Shown here in pieces: positions 17,276 to 25,945 of a DNA stretch of 61,712 nt. Each line of letters begins with the position of its first letter. The stretch's first letter is position 1. The notes beneath the pieces are model-generated. The model was not told the DNA's origin. It worked only from the letters and a program-made list of their open reading frames with translations, and ran no database searches. Source of the DNA: a virus (Duplodnaviria > Caudoviricetes). Location of the stretch: the IMG/VR virus record IMGVR_UViG_3300027917_000003, positions 1 to 61,712 of that record, one strand, 5' to 3'. Position numbers and translations under genes: made by a program.

Positions 17276-17610
17276 TGAGCGAGTTTGAAAAGATGATGAA
17301 GAACCTCAGAGAGATGGCGGAAGACGCCGAGGCGGGCGATGGCATCGACTACCTCCTCAACATCGAGGATTATGACGGTGATCGTTTCACCATTGCAAAG
17401 CCCTATCATGACGACACGCTTATGCTGCGCATTGAGAACGATGACCTGATCGCAGGGTTCATCGTTAACGCACCGCGCGCGATGGCCATCGTCGGATGCC
17501 TGATGAAGCTCATCGAGGAGTGGGATTTCAAAAAAGACATCCAAGAGCTGAAGAAAGACGCGGATTACCTCGACGGGATCTTTGATGACGAGGAAGGGGA
17601 GGACAAGTGA
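17275..17610 (+). CDS. Highly acidic hypothetical protein
   Basis: 111 aa, D/E-rich, translationally coupled. Confidence 0.65.
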   Translation: MSEFEKMMKNLREMAEDAEAGDGIDYLLNIEDYDGDRFTIAKPYHDDTLMLRIENDDLIAGFIVNAPRAMAIVGCLMKLIEEWDFKKDIQELKKDADYLDGIFDDEEGEDK

Positions 17611-17813
17611 TGCCTCACCCCGTCCACACGTCCATGAACCCTGACGGCACCTTCTCCGTCTTCTACTTCGACCGCCTGATAGGCTGGATCGCCAAGGGCG
17701 CCATGAAGCGCAGGGGCAAACCTATCTGGCGAGCCCTCACCACCCACGGCGACCTTCGCCACGCCCACTCACAGGCCTCTGCGCGGGCCGCACTACTGGA
17801 GATGATGCATTGA
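17607..17813 (+). CDS. Hypothetical protein
   Basis: Coupled ORF. Confidence 0.55.
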   Translation: MMPHPVHTSMNPDGTFSVFYFDRLIGWIAKGAMKRRGKPIWRALTTHGDLRHAHSQASARAALLEMMH

Positions 17814-18031
17814 CCCCTGACCAACTGAAAGACATCATGCACAAGCTTGACTTCACAACGGCTGATGTGGCGACCGTCATGGGCGTCACCCGCCGCACCG
17901 TCCAGCTCTGGCTGGCGGGGACCAGTCCCGTGCCCCTCTCCGCCGCGCTCGTGCTGGAAGGGATTTTCGAGGGCCTGCTCTCAATGGAATGGGTCGAGGA
18001 CAAGATCGTCCTCGCACTGCGGATCGCCTGA
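17810..18031 (+). CDS. XRE-family HTH protein
   Basis: MTPDQLK...TTADVATVMGVTRRTVQLWLAG..PVP; TTG start after GGAGA. Confidence 0.8.
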   Translation: MTPDQLKDIMHKLDFTTADVATVMGVTRRTVQLWLAGTSPVPLSAALVLEGIFEGLLSMEWVEDKIVLALRIA

Positions 18032-18057
18032 CGCCTAGAGGGGGTCGTCAGGCATAG

Positions 18058-18102
18058 GGGGCCGGGGGGCAGGTTCTGCGTTCCCCCGGCCCTTTTCTGT
18101 TT
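18058..18102 (+). terminator. Terminator closing the early operon
   Basis: GGGCCGGGGG/CCCCCGGCCC stem followed by TTTTCTGTTT at a convergent junction. Confidence 0.75.
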
Positions 18103-18767
18103 CAGGCCCCCGAAGGGGCCAACTCAAAAGGGACAGGGTCGTCTATGTGCGCCTTGCTGTCAGGGATGGCGTCCAGCGGATCTCTGGGAGGCCCTGAGAC
18201 CCGCTCCACCTGAGCGCCGGGGAAGGACGCCTTCACCGCCGCCAGCGTGGGATAGTTAGCCAGAAGCCTTCCCACCTCTGACATCGTGTAGACTTCGACG
18301 TGCCTGCCCTGCGCCACGACCAGACGTGCGTCCACGTCGTTTTTAACGACCGCCACGACCGTCCCGTCAGGCGTGACGGTCTCCCATACCTCGGGCGCCA
18401 ATAGATGGGCTCCAGCGGCCTCCGCAGCCCTGTCCAGAGCCCTCCAAGCCTTGATCATCCGGTCGGCCTCGGTCTTCACGTCCTGAAGGTTGCCGCGCCA
18501 GATCGCCTGATTGGTCTTGTAGCGTTGCCTGTCAAACCTTTCACGCAATTCACGATCTACAAGGAGGCGCAGGCGGTCCCGGCCCCACTTCTCCTCCATC
18601 GCCACGGCGACCATGTCGAGGTCGTCGAGATGCTCACGACCGGCGATGTAGGTGCCGGGCGTCATGTGCCAGTCCGGGAAGTCCCGGTCGGTCGTGGGGA
18701 CGCCGAAGTGGGTCCGGGTGCCCGGAGGCCACGGCTTGAAGTCATGCTTCTTGGGCGCCTTAGCCAT
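18102..18767 (-). CDS. Hypothetical protein
   Basis: 221 aa; GGAGG RBS. Confidence 0.7.
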   Translation of the reverse strand: MAKAPKKHDFKPWPPGTRTHFGVPTTDRDFPDWHMTPGTYIAGREHLDDLDMVAVAMEEKWGRDRLRLLVDRELRERFDRQRYKTNQAIWRGNLQDVKTEADRMIKAWRALDRAAEAAGAHLLAPEVWETVTPDGTVVAVVKNDVDARLVVAQGRHVEVYTMSEVGRLLANYPTLAAVKASFPGAQVERVSGPPRDPLDAIPDSKAHIDDPVPFELAPSGA

Positions 18768-19374
18768 TGGCCGCCTCCTTTTTCACGAGGCGCAGGCCGC
18801 TAATGCGCTTGTGCGTGTCGATCAGGGCGAACTCAATGACGCCGCAATCAATCAGGGCCGTGACGTATGACTTCGCCTTGGCGGCTGACACATTGAACTC
18901 CTCGGCGATCATATCGACGATGTAGCGCCCCAGCTTCTTGGTCTGAGACTTGTGCGAGAGCGGGAGCATGCCAGACGCCTTGCGCTCCAAGATGCTCTCA
19001 ATAACAAACTCCCTGACCTTCGGGGGGATATATATCGCCCTCGGGGGCGCCCCATCGTCTGCCGGGAGCGCCACGTCCCTGCCATTGGCCTGCGCCACGA
19101 CCCACTCGCGCATCTCGGGGTAAAACTCGACAAGCAGGACACTGTCGCTCGTCCCGGCCATGTATTCGCCCTTCACGCCGAGGCGCCACACGTTCTTCTT
19201 CGCCGGGCGGTCGAGGTACAGCTTGAGGCTCTTCCAGCCATCCTTCGAGTAGGCCGTACACTCGACCAGCCGCCAGTCACCCGCCTGCCTGATCGTCACC
19301 TCATGCGAGTGGACCCTCAACGTCGCGCCGCCCACCTTCACTAGCTCATAGTCCATTCTGACCCCCATCTTCAT
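18760..19374 (-). CDS. Protein whose C-terminal domain is paralogous to the primase-helicase C-terminus
   Basis: PLS..SQT.K.GRY...F...D......GL shared; start may be 19356. Confidence 0.7.
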   Translation of the reverse strand: MKMGVRMDYELVKVGGATLRVHSHEVTIRQAGDWRLVECTAYSKDGWKSLKLYLDRPAKKNVWRLGVKGEYMAGTSDSVLLVEFYPEMREWVVAQANGRDVALPADDGAPPRAIYIPPKVREFVIESILERKASGMLPLSHKSQTKKLGRYIVDMIAEEFNVSAAKAKSYVTALIDCGVIEFALIDTHKRISGLRLVKKEAANG

Positions 19375-19544
19375 TGCTAAGGTTAAAACGCTAACTCACA
19401 GTCTTCAGCGCGTCAATCCCGCACCAACTGCACCAACGCGGGCGAGGCCCGGAGCGGCAGCGCAGGGCCGACCCCGCCCCCTCCACAATGTCCGGTCTCT
19501 TAGAGGGGGCCGCGAAGCGCGCCCCTAGACCCTCCATTGACCCT

Positions 19545-19730
19545 TGCGGAACTCACACCCCGCCGAAGCGGGGGGTGTTAATGTAATACATTACACCCCA
19601 ACTCCACGCACAACCTCCGCAAGATTTTTTTCCTTTGCGGAAGATGTGCGGAGGTTGTGCGGAGGTTGTGCGGAGGTTGTCCATTTTCTCCCAGTTTTCT
19701 GGGGTTTTTAACCTCCGCACAAGTTCCGCA
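19545..19730. other. Putative replication origin (iterons plus palindrome)
   Basis: Non-coding; three tandem TGTGCGGAGGT at 19645-19677, inverted copies at 19608-19621 and 19710-19722; AT-centred palindrome at 19572-19599. Confidence 0.6.
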
Positions 19731-19946
19731 TCATTCCCACGCCCTTTTCGTGTCGTCGGGGTGGTAAGGGCGGTATTCCTGAAGGTCTCCCGGCACCAGC
19801 ATGAGGAAGTCCTCGGTGTGGTGCCAGACCAATTTCATGCCCTCTGGGGCGGTCAGGGAGTAGTCCTCAATGACCATGCAGGGTATCCACAGCCCCTTCA
19901 TCAGGCGGGTCTTCCAGCGGCGCTTGGAGATCTGTTTGAGGCGCAT
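19731..19946 (-). CDS. Hypothetical protein
   Basis: Coupled ORF. Confidence 0.55.
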   Translation of the reverse strand: MRLKQISKRRWKTRLMKGLWIPCMVIEDYSLTAPEGMKLVWHHTEDFLMLVPGDLQEYRPYHPDDTKRAWE

Positions 19947-20434
19947 CAGACCTTCCTCCGGGGATCTTGATAGTAGGCGTAAGTGTCCGGCGGCTGGGAC
20001 ATGAAGACGACATCGTCGGGGCCGTAGACGCGGTTGTCGGCGCCCTTGCCGATTGTCTGAACGGCGAAGGGAGCCGCTTCATGGTGCAGGCGGAAGGCCT
20101 GCGGCTCCGGGTGCTGGAAGAACCGCATGGCCTTCTCATCCGCCCGGCTCTCAATGGCCGCCGTCTGAAGGCCGGACATGGACAGGCGGTTGGTGGCGAG
20201 GCCGAGGCGCATATAGAAGCCCTCGCTCAGGAAGGCGAAGGGGTCGCCAGCCGTCTCCATGAGCTTCGTCTCGACCCACTCGCCGGTGACGAGGTCGCGG
20301 CCCCTGACGAGCATGTATGGCTCGAACGGGATGACCTTCACGGGCATCAGGTTCTGGGCGCTGACGATGGCGGGCGCCGCAAACAGGGACGCCATGCCGG
20401 TGAGGAAGCCCCTGCGTGATGATGTTAAGCTCAT
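19946..20434 (-). CDS. Protein with twin-arginine (Tat)-like signal
   Basis: SRRGFLTGMASLFAAPAIVSA. Confidence 0.7.
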   Translation of the reverse strand: MSLTSSRRGFLTGMASLFAAPAIVSAQNLMPVKVIPFEPYMLVRGRDLVTGEWVETKLMETAGDPFAFLSEGFYMRLGLATNRLSMSGLQTAAIESRADEKAMRFFQHPEPQAFRLHHEAAPFAVQTIGKGADNRVYGPDDVVFMSQPPDTYAYYQDPRRKV

Positions 20435-20652
20435 GCTATCTTCTCCCATCTCAGGTCAAGGGAATGTTCGGGCCAGACGTGATTGACCGTCCCGCAATGC
20501 TCACACGGAGCATATTCGTTGGTATACTCATGCTCGACGTGGATGCGCCACGGCCAGCGGTCGCGGATCTCGGCCTTGTAGCGGAAGTCCAGCTCGCCCG
20601 CCGAGGTCTTCGTGCAGGCGTTGCACTTGAAGCTGATGGGCTCAAGGGGCAT
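20431..20652 (-). CDS. Zn-ribbon protein
   Basis: CNAC...CEHC. Confidence 0.65.
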   Translation of the reverse strand: MPLEPISFKCNACTKTSAGELDFRYKAEIRDRWPWRIHVEHEYTNEYAPCEHCGTVNHVWPEHSLDLRWEKIA

Positions 20653-20831
20653 CAGTCATCTTTCCAATCCAGTACATTGCGGGCATGTTCCCCATTGCCG
20701 TTGAAGCCATTGTATTCTTCTTCAGCGTACTTTCGCAGCGCCGCCTCCAGCTTCTCAATGCGTGCTTTAAGGCGGTCAATCTCCGCGTTCTGCTCGTTGA
20801 GCAGCTTCTGGACCCGCGATGCTTCAGTCAT
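20652..20831 (-). CDS. Small coiled-coil protein (59 aa, not in the ORF track)
   Basis: MTEASRVQ...RIEKLEAALR...WKDD; GGAGGG RBS. Confidence 0.6.
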   Translation of the reverse strand: MTEASRVQKLLNEQNAEIDRLKARIEKLEAALRKYAEEEYNGFNGNGEHARNVLDWKDD

Positions 20832-21126
20832 CTTTCCCCTCCAGTGCTTTGCGGGCGATGAGTTTCATATTTTTAGATACGACGCAGCAATCCCAATCTG
20901 TAGACAGTTCCCGCAGCGCCGCCTCCAACTTCTCGATGCGGTCACGATAATGATCGCAATCAAGATCAGCACGGCTGTTCAACCGGACATTGGCCGCGAA
21001 AAGAACGCCGTTTTCTTCCACCAGCTTCTTGATGCGGTCGGCGCATTCCTTATAAACCCACGGGTGATAAACGGCGTCATTCAAATCGGCATAGCATTCC
21101 AGCCGCCTCACAAGATCATCAGACAT
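20824..21126 (-). CDS. Hypothetical coiled-coil protein
   Basis: MSDDLVRRL...ADRIKKL...RIEKLEAALR. Confidence 0.65.
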   Translation of the reverse strand: MSDDLVRRLECYADLNDAVYHPWVYKECADRIKKLVEENGVLFAANVRLNSRADLDCDHYRDRIEKLEAALRELSTDWDCCVVSKNMKLIARKALEGKDD

Positions 21127-21186
21127 CCAAGGTCTCCATCAGGGCTTTGACGACTTCCGCCGCGAGGGGCGGGACGATATGGGCCA

Positions 21187-21483
21187 TCAGACCTTCTCCG
21201 GCCCGTCAGGAAGAGGCATCCAATGGGTTGGCTCCGGCTCGAACATGTCCTCGCCATCATGGGTCGAGCCCCAACGCTCGACGACGACGCACCAGTCCAC
21301 GATCATGCACTCACCATCCCACCAGCCGAGGATAGCGGTCCCGTCCTTGGGGGCGGTTTCAATCGGTTGCCACGGGCTTCCGGCATAGCGCCGCTCGTCC
21401 GCCACCATCTTGTTGAGGGCAGTGGAGACTTCCGCCTCCACCTCCTCGCTGATCTCGGCAGGGATCACCTCACGCGGCGTCAT
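21187..21483 (-). CDS. DUF551-like protein
   Basis: WQPIETAPKDGT...PTHWMPLP. Confidence 0.75.
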   Translation of the reverse strand: MTPREVIPAEISEEVEAEVSTALNKMVADERRYAGSPWQPIETAPKDGTAILGWWDGECMIVDWCVVVERWGSTHDGEDMFEPEPTHWMPLPDGPEKV

Positions 21484-21958
21484 TAGCCACCTCCGGCGGA
21501 TCGGGAAGATGCATCCAGTGGGTCGGGGTCGTGTCCTCTGACCAGCTCCAGCCCGGCGTCATTTCTTCGTCGCCCTGCCAGAAATTATATGTCTCCCAGT
21601 GGCCGGGCTCGACAGTCCACTCACCATTCCCGTCCTTACCGGCCAAGATGATGATGGTGTTGTCCTTTGGCGCTGTGCTGATCGGCTTCCAGCACATCAT
21701 AAAGTATTTTCTTTCCTTCTTAACGGGCTCCTTCACAGGCTTCTCCGCCAGCGTCAAATTGAACCCGGCAAGGATATTTTTAAGCTCTTTCAAGCTCTTG
21801 GCGGCAAAGCCCGGAACGCGCATCCATTCAGCTTCGGTCCACTTCACGATGTCGCCAAGCGTCTCCATGTCTTCGCAAGCAACTCGATTTTTAATTCGGG
21901 CATGCAGTAGAGTGTCGGGAAGCTTGATGTCTTCAAAGCGAATATCCAAGGGGTTCAT
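21470..21958 (-). CDS. RNAP alpha-CTD-like domain fused to a DUF551-like domain
   Basis: RIKN....METLGDIVKWTEAEWMRVPGFAAKSLKELKNIL..FNLTL, then WKPISTAPKD...PTHWMHLP. Confidence 0.75.
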   Translation of the reverse strand: MNPLDIRFEDIKLPDTLLHARIKNRVACEDMETLGDIVKWTEAEWMRVPGFAAKSLKELKNILAGFNLTLAEKPVKEPVKKERKYFMMCWKPISTAPKDNTIIILAGKDGNGEWTVEPGHWETYNFWQGDEEMTPGWSWSEDTTPTHWMHLPDPPEVANDAA

Positions 21959-22206
21959 TGTGCTTCTCCCTCGGTCACCTTCGCAGCCTCGGTAGCGAAC
22001 TCCTCCAGATGCTCTTCAACGGCCTTGAAGACATGCTTCAAGTTGCCTGCCCAATTAGGCTGGCTGCTGGTGTTGAACATCGCCTCGGCCAAGATGAAGG
22101 CGAGACTGTTCATAATGACCGGGCCACCCTTGTCCTTGAGGATGATGCGAACCCGGCTCACCACTTTCTCGCATTCGCGCGCGAGACGCTCGTTATCAAA
22201 TTCCAT
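21955..22206 (-). CDS. Hypothetical protein
   Basis: Coupled ORF. Confidence 0.6.
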   Translation of the reverse strand: MEFDNERLARECEKVVSRVRIILKDKGGPVIMNSLAFILAEAMFNTSSQPNWAGNLKHVFKAVEEHLEEFATEAAKVTEGEAQ

Positions 22207-22218
22207 GAACTTTCCCCT

Positions 22219-24390
22219 CTAGTCGATTGATCCGATTACCTTAAGGCCTTGCATCTTCGTGTTCTTGTCCACGACCTCATAAGACAGAACTTGGTTAGAG
22301 AGCCACGTCTCCACCATCATATCGACCAGCTTTTCAGGCAGATCGAATTGCTGACCCAGAACCGCCGCCACATAGCGCCCCTGCTTGCGGGTCTGGGAAT
22401 AGCTTGAGAGCGGGCGCCCCGAGAACCACGCGACCCTAATCACATTGATCATGTCGCGGCAGACTTGTTTCTCGGGCCAGACGCTCTTGGGCGCCGCCTT
22501 CTCGTTCGCCTGCGCGGCGTAGAGACTGCCCTCGCCGGTGATGTCATTGACGACGACCTTCTTCAGTTCGAAGGGCAGGCGCCAGCCATCCTCGGCGCTC
22601 TTGATCTTGCGGGCGTGGATCTCGCCGACGCTCTCGCCCTCCTCGCGCTCGATGCCGAGCAGGAAGTCACCGGCGCCGTCGAAGACGGTCGAGCCGCGAA
22701 GGTTGCCAGCCCGGCTCGTGTGGTGGACGCCGACGACTGTCGCCCCGAAGGTCGTGCGGACGGCGTCGCAGGCGCCAATGAAGAGGGTCATGTCCTTCTG
22801 GAGGTTCTCGTCTGCGCCCGGCAAGACGCGGCTGACCGTGTCCACGAAGACCGTGACAGGCATCTCTCCCGCCAGCTTGCCAGCCTTGGCCACCGTGCGC
22901 AGGAGCCGCTCCACGTCCGCCTGAGCCATGAAATTGATGTTCTGGCGGATCAGGTAGAAGGGCAGGCCACGAACCTGAACGCCAGCCTCCCTCTCCCACG
23001 CGAGAATGCGGTTGCCGATGTCGCCAACGCCCTCGGACGAGATGTAGACGACCGGGCCAGACTTGTTGATCTTGCGTCCAAACCAGTCTGCGCGCTGGGC
23101 GCAGATCGACAGGCCCATGCCGATTGTGATGAAGCTCTTGCCGCATCCCGGAGGCCCGTAAACGAAACCGAGCGCGGTTTCGATCATCAGCTTGTCGATC
23201 AGGTACTTGGGCTTGGGGAGGGACAGGATGCCCTCCACGTCGAGCAGCTCATACTCGTCCTCGACTGTCGGTTTTACGACATCCACGAACAGCTCGCCCG
23301 TTTCCTCATCGACCTTGTAGAACTTGACGGGCTGCGGCTCATCGGCCTGATCGAAAGGGCGGCTGGGGCGCTCCACCTTCGCATGCTCTGCTACCTTGCC
23401 GTCCCACTGCTCAATGGCCAAGGTCCATTTGTGGCGGAACAGGCTGAACCCGCGACCCTCCCGTTCGAGGAGGTCAAAGTTCGAGGCGCCGGGCATATGC
23501 AGGCGGCTCTTCACCTTGCGCTCGTAGGTGGCGAAGGCGTCATTCATGGCCGTTTCGCTCTCCACCTTCGAGGGCGGAATGGGCGCGTCCCGATAGAGAT
23601 CGACGACCGCAGCCCACACGAGCTTGGTCATATAGTCCTCGCGGCCATCGACGATGTTGCCAAAGTTATCCACAGCTTTATTTGGTGACGCAGTTTTTTC
23701 GCCTGTTACACGGTTCACGCCACTTGACCCGCCATGCTCGATGGCGAGCTTCGTGATCTCGTCACAGAACCATTGTGGCGCTGTGGCGATCTCCATTTCC
23801 CACGGCTCGTGGCCCTCCTTCCAGCGGTAGGACTTGCCGCTCTCGTGGGTGCTGGGGGGCATCATGGCGAAGCCACCCTGCCCCCTGATGTCCACCCCGA
23901 TGCTTGTCTTGCATGTCGGGGGAACCCAGCCCAGAGGGGCGCGGAAGAAGAGCTGAACGCCTCCGCCGCCGGTGGCCTGCTCGACCGTGTCCAGCTCACC
24001 GGCGTTCTGTTTCATGTGAAACATGTCGTCCCACCACGCCTGCGCACGGACATCCTTGTGCAGGTCGAGATCCACGACGAAGATCCCATTGGAGCAGGCG
24101 CCCGCGATCAGGCCCATGTTGTTGCGGCGGGCATGCTCGCCATCCTCGCCATACCAACGCTCGAAGGTGAAGTCAGGGATCAGCTCGTTTTCCAATTCGC
24201 GCCACTTCGGCAACGCCGGGCGCTTCCATTGGTTCTTGTTTTCCCTGTGACTCATGGCCGGGACGACCTGCATCCCGTTGCCACGATACATGCGGGCCCA
24301 CTCTGCCGGATCAGCGAAGTCTGGGTCAAACGAAGCGTTCATATTAATTGTTCCATCATTTCCATCTGAAGGCAGCGACATCACGTCCAT
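22219..24390 (-). CDS. Bifunctional Prim-Pol primase / RepA-type (AAA_25) helicase
   Basis: NMGL..G...VVDLD, TGGGG.QLFF, VDIRGQGG..PPS; Walker A GPPGCGKS; VDT; VHHT; LRGS. Confidence 0.9.
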   Translation of the reverse strand: MDVMSLPSDGNDGTINMNASFDPDFADPAEWARMYRGNGMQVVPAMSHRENKNQWKRPALPKWRELENELIPDFTFERWYGEDGEHARRNNMGLIAGACSNGIFVVDLDLHKDVRAQAWWDDMFHMKQNAGELDTVEQATGGGGVQLFFRAPLGWVPPTCKTSIGVDIRGQGGFAMMPPSTHESGKSYRWKEGHEPWEMEIATAPQWFCDEITKLAIEHGGSSGVNRVTGEKTASPNKAVDNFGNIVDGREDYMTKLVWAAVVDLYRDAPIPPSKVESETAMNDAFATYERKVKSRLHMPGASNFDLLEREGRGFSLFRHKWTLAIEQWDGKVAEHAKVERPSRPFDQADEPQPVKFYKVDEETGELFVDVVKPTVEDEYELLDVEGILSLPKPKYLIDKLMIETALGFVYGPPGCGKSFITIGMGLSICAQRADWFGRKINKSGPVVYISSEGVGDIGNRILAWEREAGVQVRGLPFYLIRQNINFMAQADVERLLRTVAKAGKLAGEMPVTVFVDTVSRVLPGADENLQKDMTLFIGACDAVRTTFGATVVGVHHTSRAGNLRGSTVFDGAGDFLLGIEREEGESVGEIHARKIKSAEDGWRLPFELKKVVVNDITGEGSLYAAQANEKAAPKSVWPEKQVCRDMINVIRVAWFSGRPLSSYSQTRKQGRYVAAVLGQQFDLPEKLVDMMVETWLSNQVLSYEVVDKNTKMQGLKVIGSID

Positions 24391-24393
24391 CCC

Positions 24394-25125
24394 TTATGCG
24401 ACGACCCGGTATTCTCTTTGCGCGTCAATCCAGCCCTGATCCGCATTGACGAAGACGGGCTGGATAAAGATCTTCTTTACCTCCGCATTGCCCTTGCCAT
24501 AATGCTGGTGCCGAATGTGGCCACGGCGCAGGTGTGGGCGGACAGGACTTCCATTGCCAGACGAACGCATGGTCTCATTAATTTTGCCGATGCGAATTGT
24601 CGTGACTGAGGAATATTTTGAAATTGTTTTTTCGCGGCGGTTCCGCGAATTTGGTTTATTGCATGTCTCAACATCTTTCCTAATATTTTTTGTGGCCAAC
24701 AAAACTATCAATAAAGTTACGCAATCGCGCCCATAATCCTCGAACTCTTCAATCACCTCCATTCCACCGATATATGCAAAATGCGATTGTTCAACAGGGA
24801 TAAATTCGCTGCCTTTGTCAGATACTGAACATTTAACAGTTAATTTTCCGCTTTCCTCATGCGGCTTGTAATGAAACATAAAGTCGAGCCTGTTGTTTGT
24901 CTTATCAGACAAAACTTTTTGAAAATTTTCGCCTGACATTCCAGAAATAGCAGCGTCGAGGTTTTCCAAAAACTTCGGCTTTGCTTGAATACAAAATTCT
25001 TTGAAGGGCGGCAAAAACATACCAAGCTCGTGCATGTCTTTTGCCGTGCGGGTTATATCAAACATCGAAATTGAATTGAAAATTTCAGCCGAAAGTTTGA
25101 ACAGGGGGATACGCTTGTCGATCAT
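24394..25125 (-). CDS. AT-rich inserted gene with PHLRRGH motif
   Basis: Start MIDKR after an ATGGAGATTGATATG leader; low GC. Confidence 0.7.
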   Translation of the reverse strand: MIDKRIPLFKLSAEIFNSISMFDITRTAKDMHELGMFLPPFKEFCIQAKPKFLENLDAAISGMSGENFQKVLSDKTNNRLDFMFHYKPHEESGKLTVKCSVSDKGSEFIPVEQSHFAYIGGMEVIEEFEDYGRDCVTLLIVLLATKNIRKDVETCNKPNSRNRREKTISKYSSVTTIRIGKINETMRSSGNGSPVRPHLRRGHIRHQHYGKGNAEVKKIFIQPVFVNADQGWIDAQREYRVVA

Positions 25126-25138
25126 ATCAATCTCCATT

Positions 25139-25609
25139 TCAACGTGTTGCAGCATACCAAGCCATGCAGGCCGCATCGGCGCGGCCATCATCTTTCTTCC
25201 GGGCGAACAGGCCCGCGTAATTGGGAAACAGCTCACAGGCGCGCTGACGGGCGCCGTCCTTGCCCCCACGCACCGCCGCCGCCTTCTGCCACGCCTGCGG
25301 CTGCACGATGGTGACGGGGATCTTGTTGGCGGCGAGAACGCCCTCGACGAGGCCGACGCTGCGCCCGAAGGAGAAAACAGAACTGACGCCCTGCCCCGGC
25401 ATCGCCCCGACACGCTCCAGAACGGCGTGGGTGACGCCCTCGGCAATGTTGATGACGCTGGCGAGGCCGTGAGGGCTCACCTCTTTCTTGGTCTTTCCGT
25501 TCCGCTGGACCTCAAGGACAGGCATGTCGATGACGGACAGGTGGCCCTTCTCGGTGTCGAGGAAGGCGATGGCGCCATTCAGTCCGGGGTCGATGCCAAT
25601 GTAAATCAC
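25139..25609 (-). CDS. RuvC-like Holliday junction resolvase
   Basis: IGIDPG..GAIA, VLE, FSFG, P..W, DGRADA; GTG start. Confidence 0.85.
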   Translation of the reverse strand: MIYIGIDPGLNGAIAFLDTEKGHLSVIDMPVLEVQRNGKTKKEVSPHGLASVINIAEGVTHAVLERVGAMPGQGVSSVFSFGRSVGLVEGVLAANKIPVTIVQPQAWQKAAAVRGGKDGARQRACELFPNYAGLFARKKDDGRADAACMAWYAATR

Positions 25610-25809
25610 GCTGCGGTCCTTGCTGCCTCGTCGAGGGCTGTGAAGTGATCCCAATTGACCACGCCGCGCGTGGCCTCAATGATCTGCGGGCGCCAACGGT
25701 GGGGCACCATCTGACGGTGCTTCCACTTCATGCGGGCGTGGCGGCTGACGCCGAGCCTCTCCGCAGCGCGCAGGATCAGATCCCACTCGTAGTCAGTCTT
25801 CCTCATCAT
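25606..25809 (-). CDS. Cro-like HTH protein
   Basis: AAERLGVSRHARMKWKHR..VP..W...I; near the start of the leftward operon. Confidence 0.6.
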   Translation of the reverse strand: MMRKTDYEWDLILRAAERLGVSRHARMKWKHRQMVPHRWRPQIIEATRGVVNWDHFTALDEAARTAA

Positions 25810-25927
25810 GCACCTTCCAGAAGAAGTGGTAGATGGCCACCACAGCCCACGCACCATAAACAGCCAGCATGGCCACCGCAGAGATCGCGGCCATGCAGAG
25901 AAGCAGTATGGTGATGAACTCGGCCAC
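25793..25927 (-). CDS. Small membrane protein (44 aa)
   Basis: GTG start after GGAGG; MAEFITILLLCMAAISAVAMLAVYGAWAVVAIY. Confidence 0.55.
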   Translation of the reverse strand: MAEFITILLLCMAAISAVAMLAVYGAWAVVAIYHFFWKVHDEED

Positions 25928-25945
25928 GGCCCCCTCCAAGTGATT

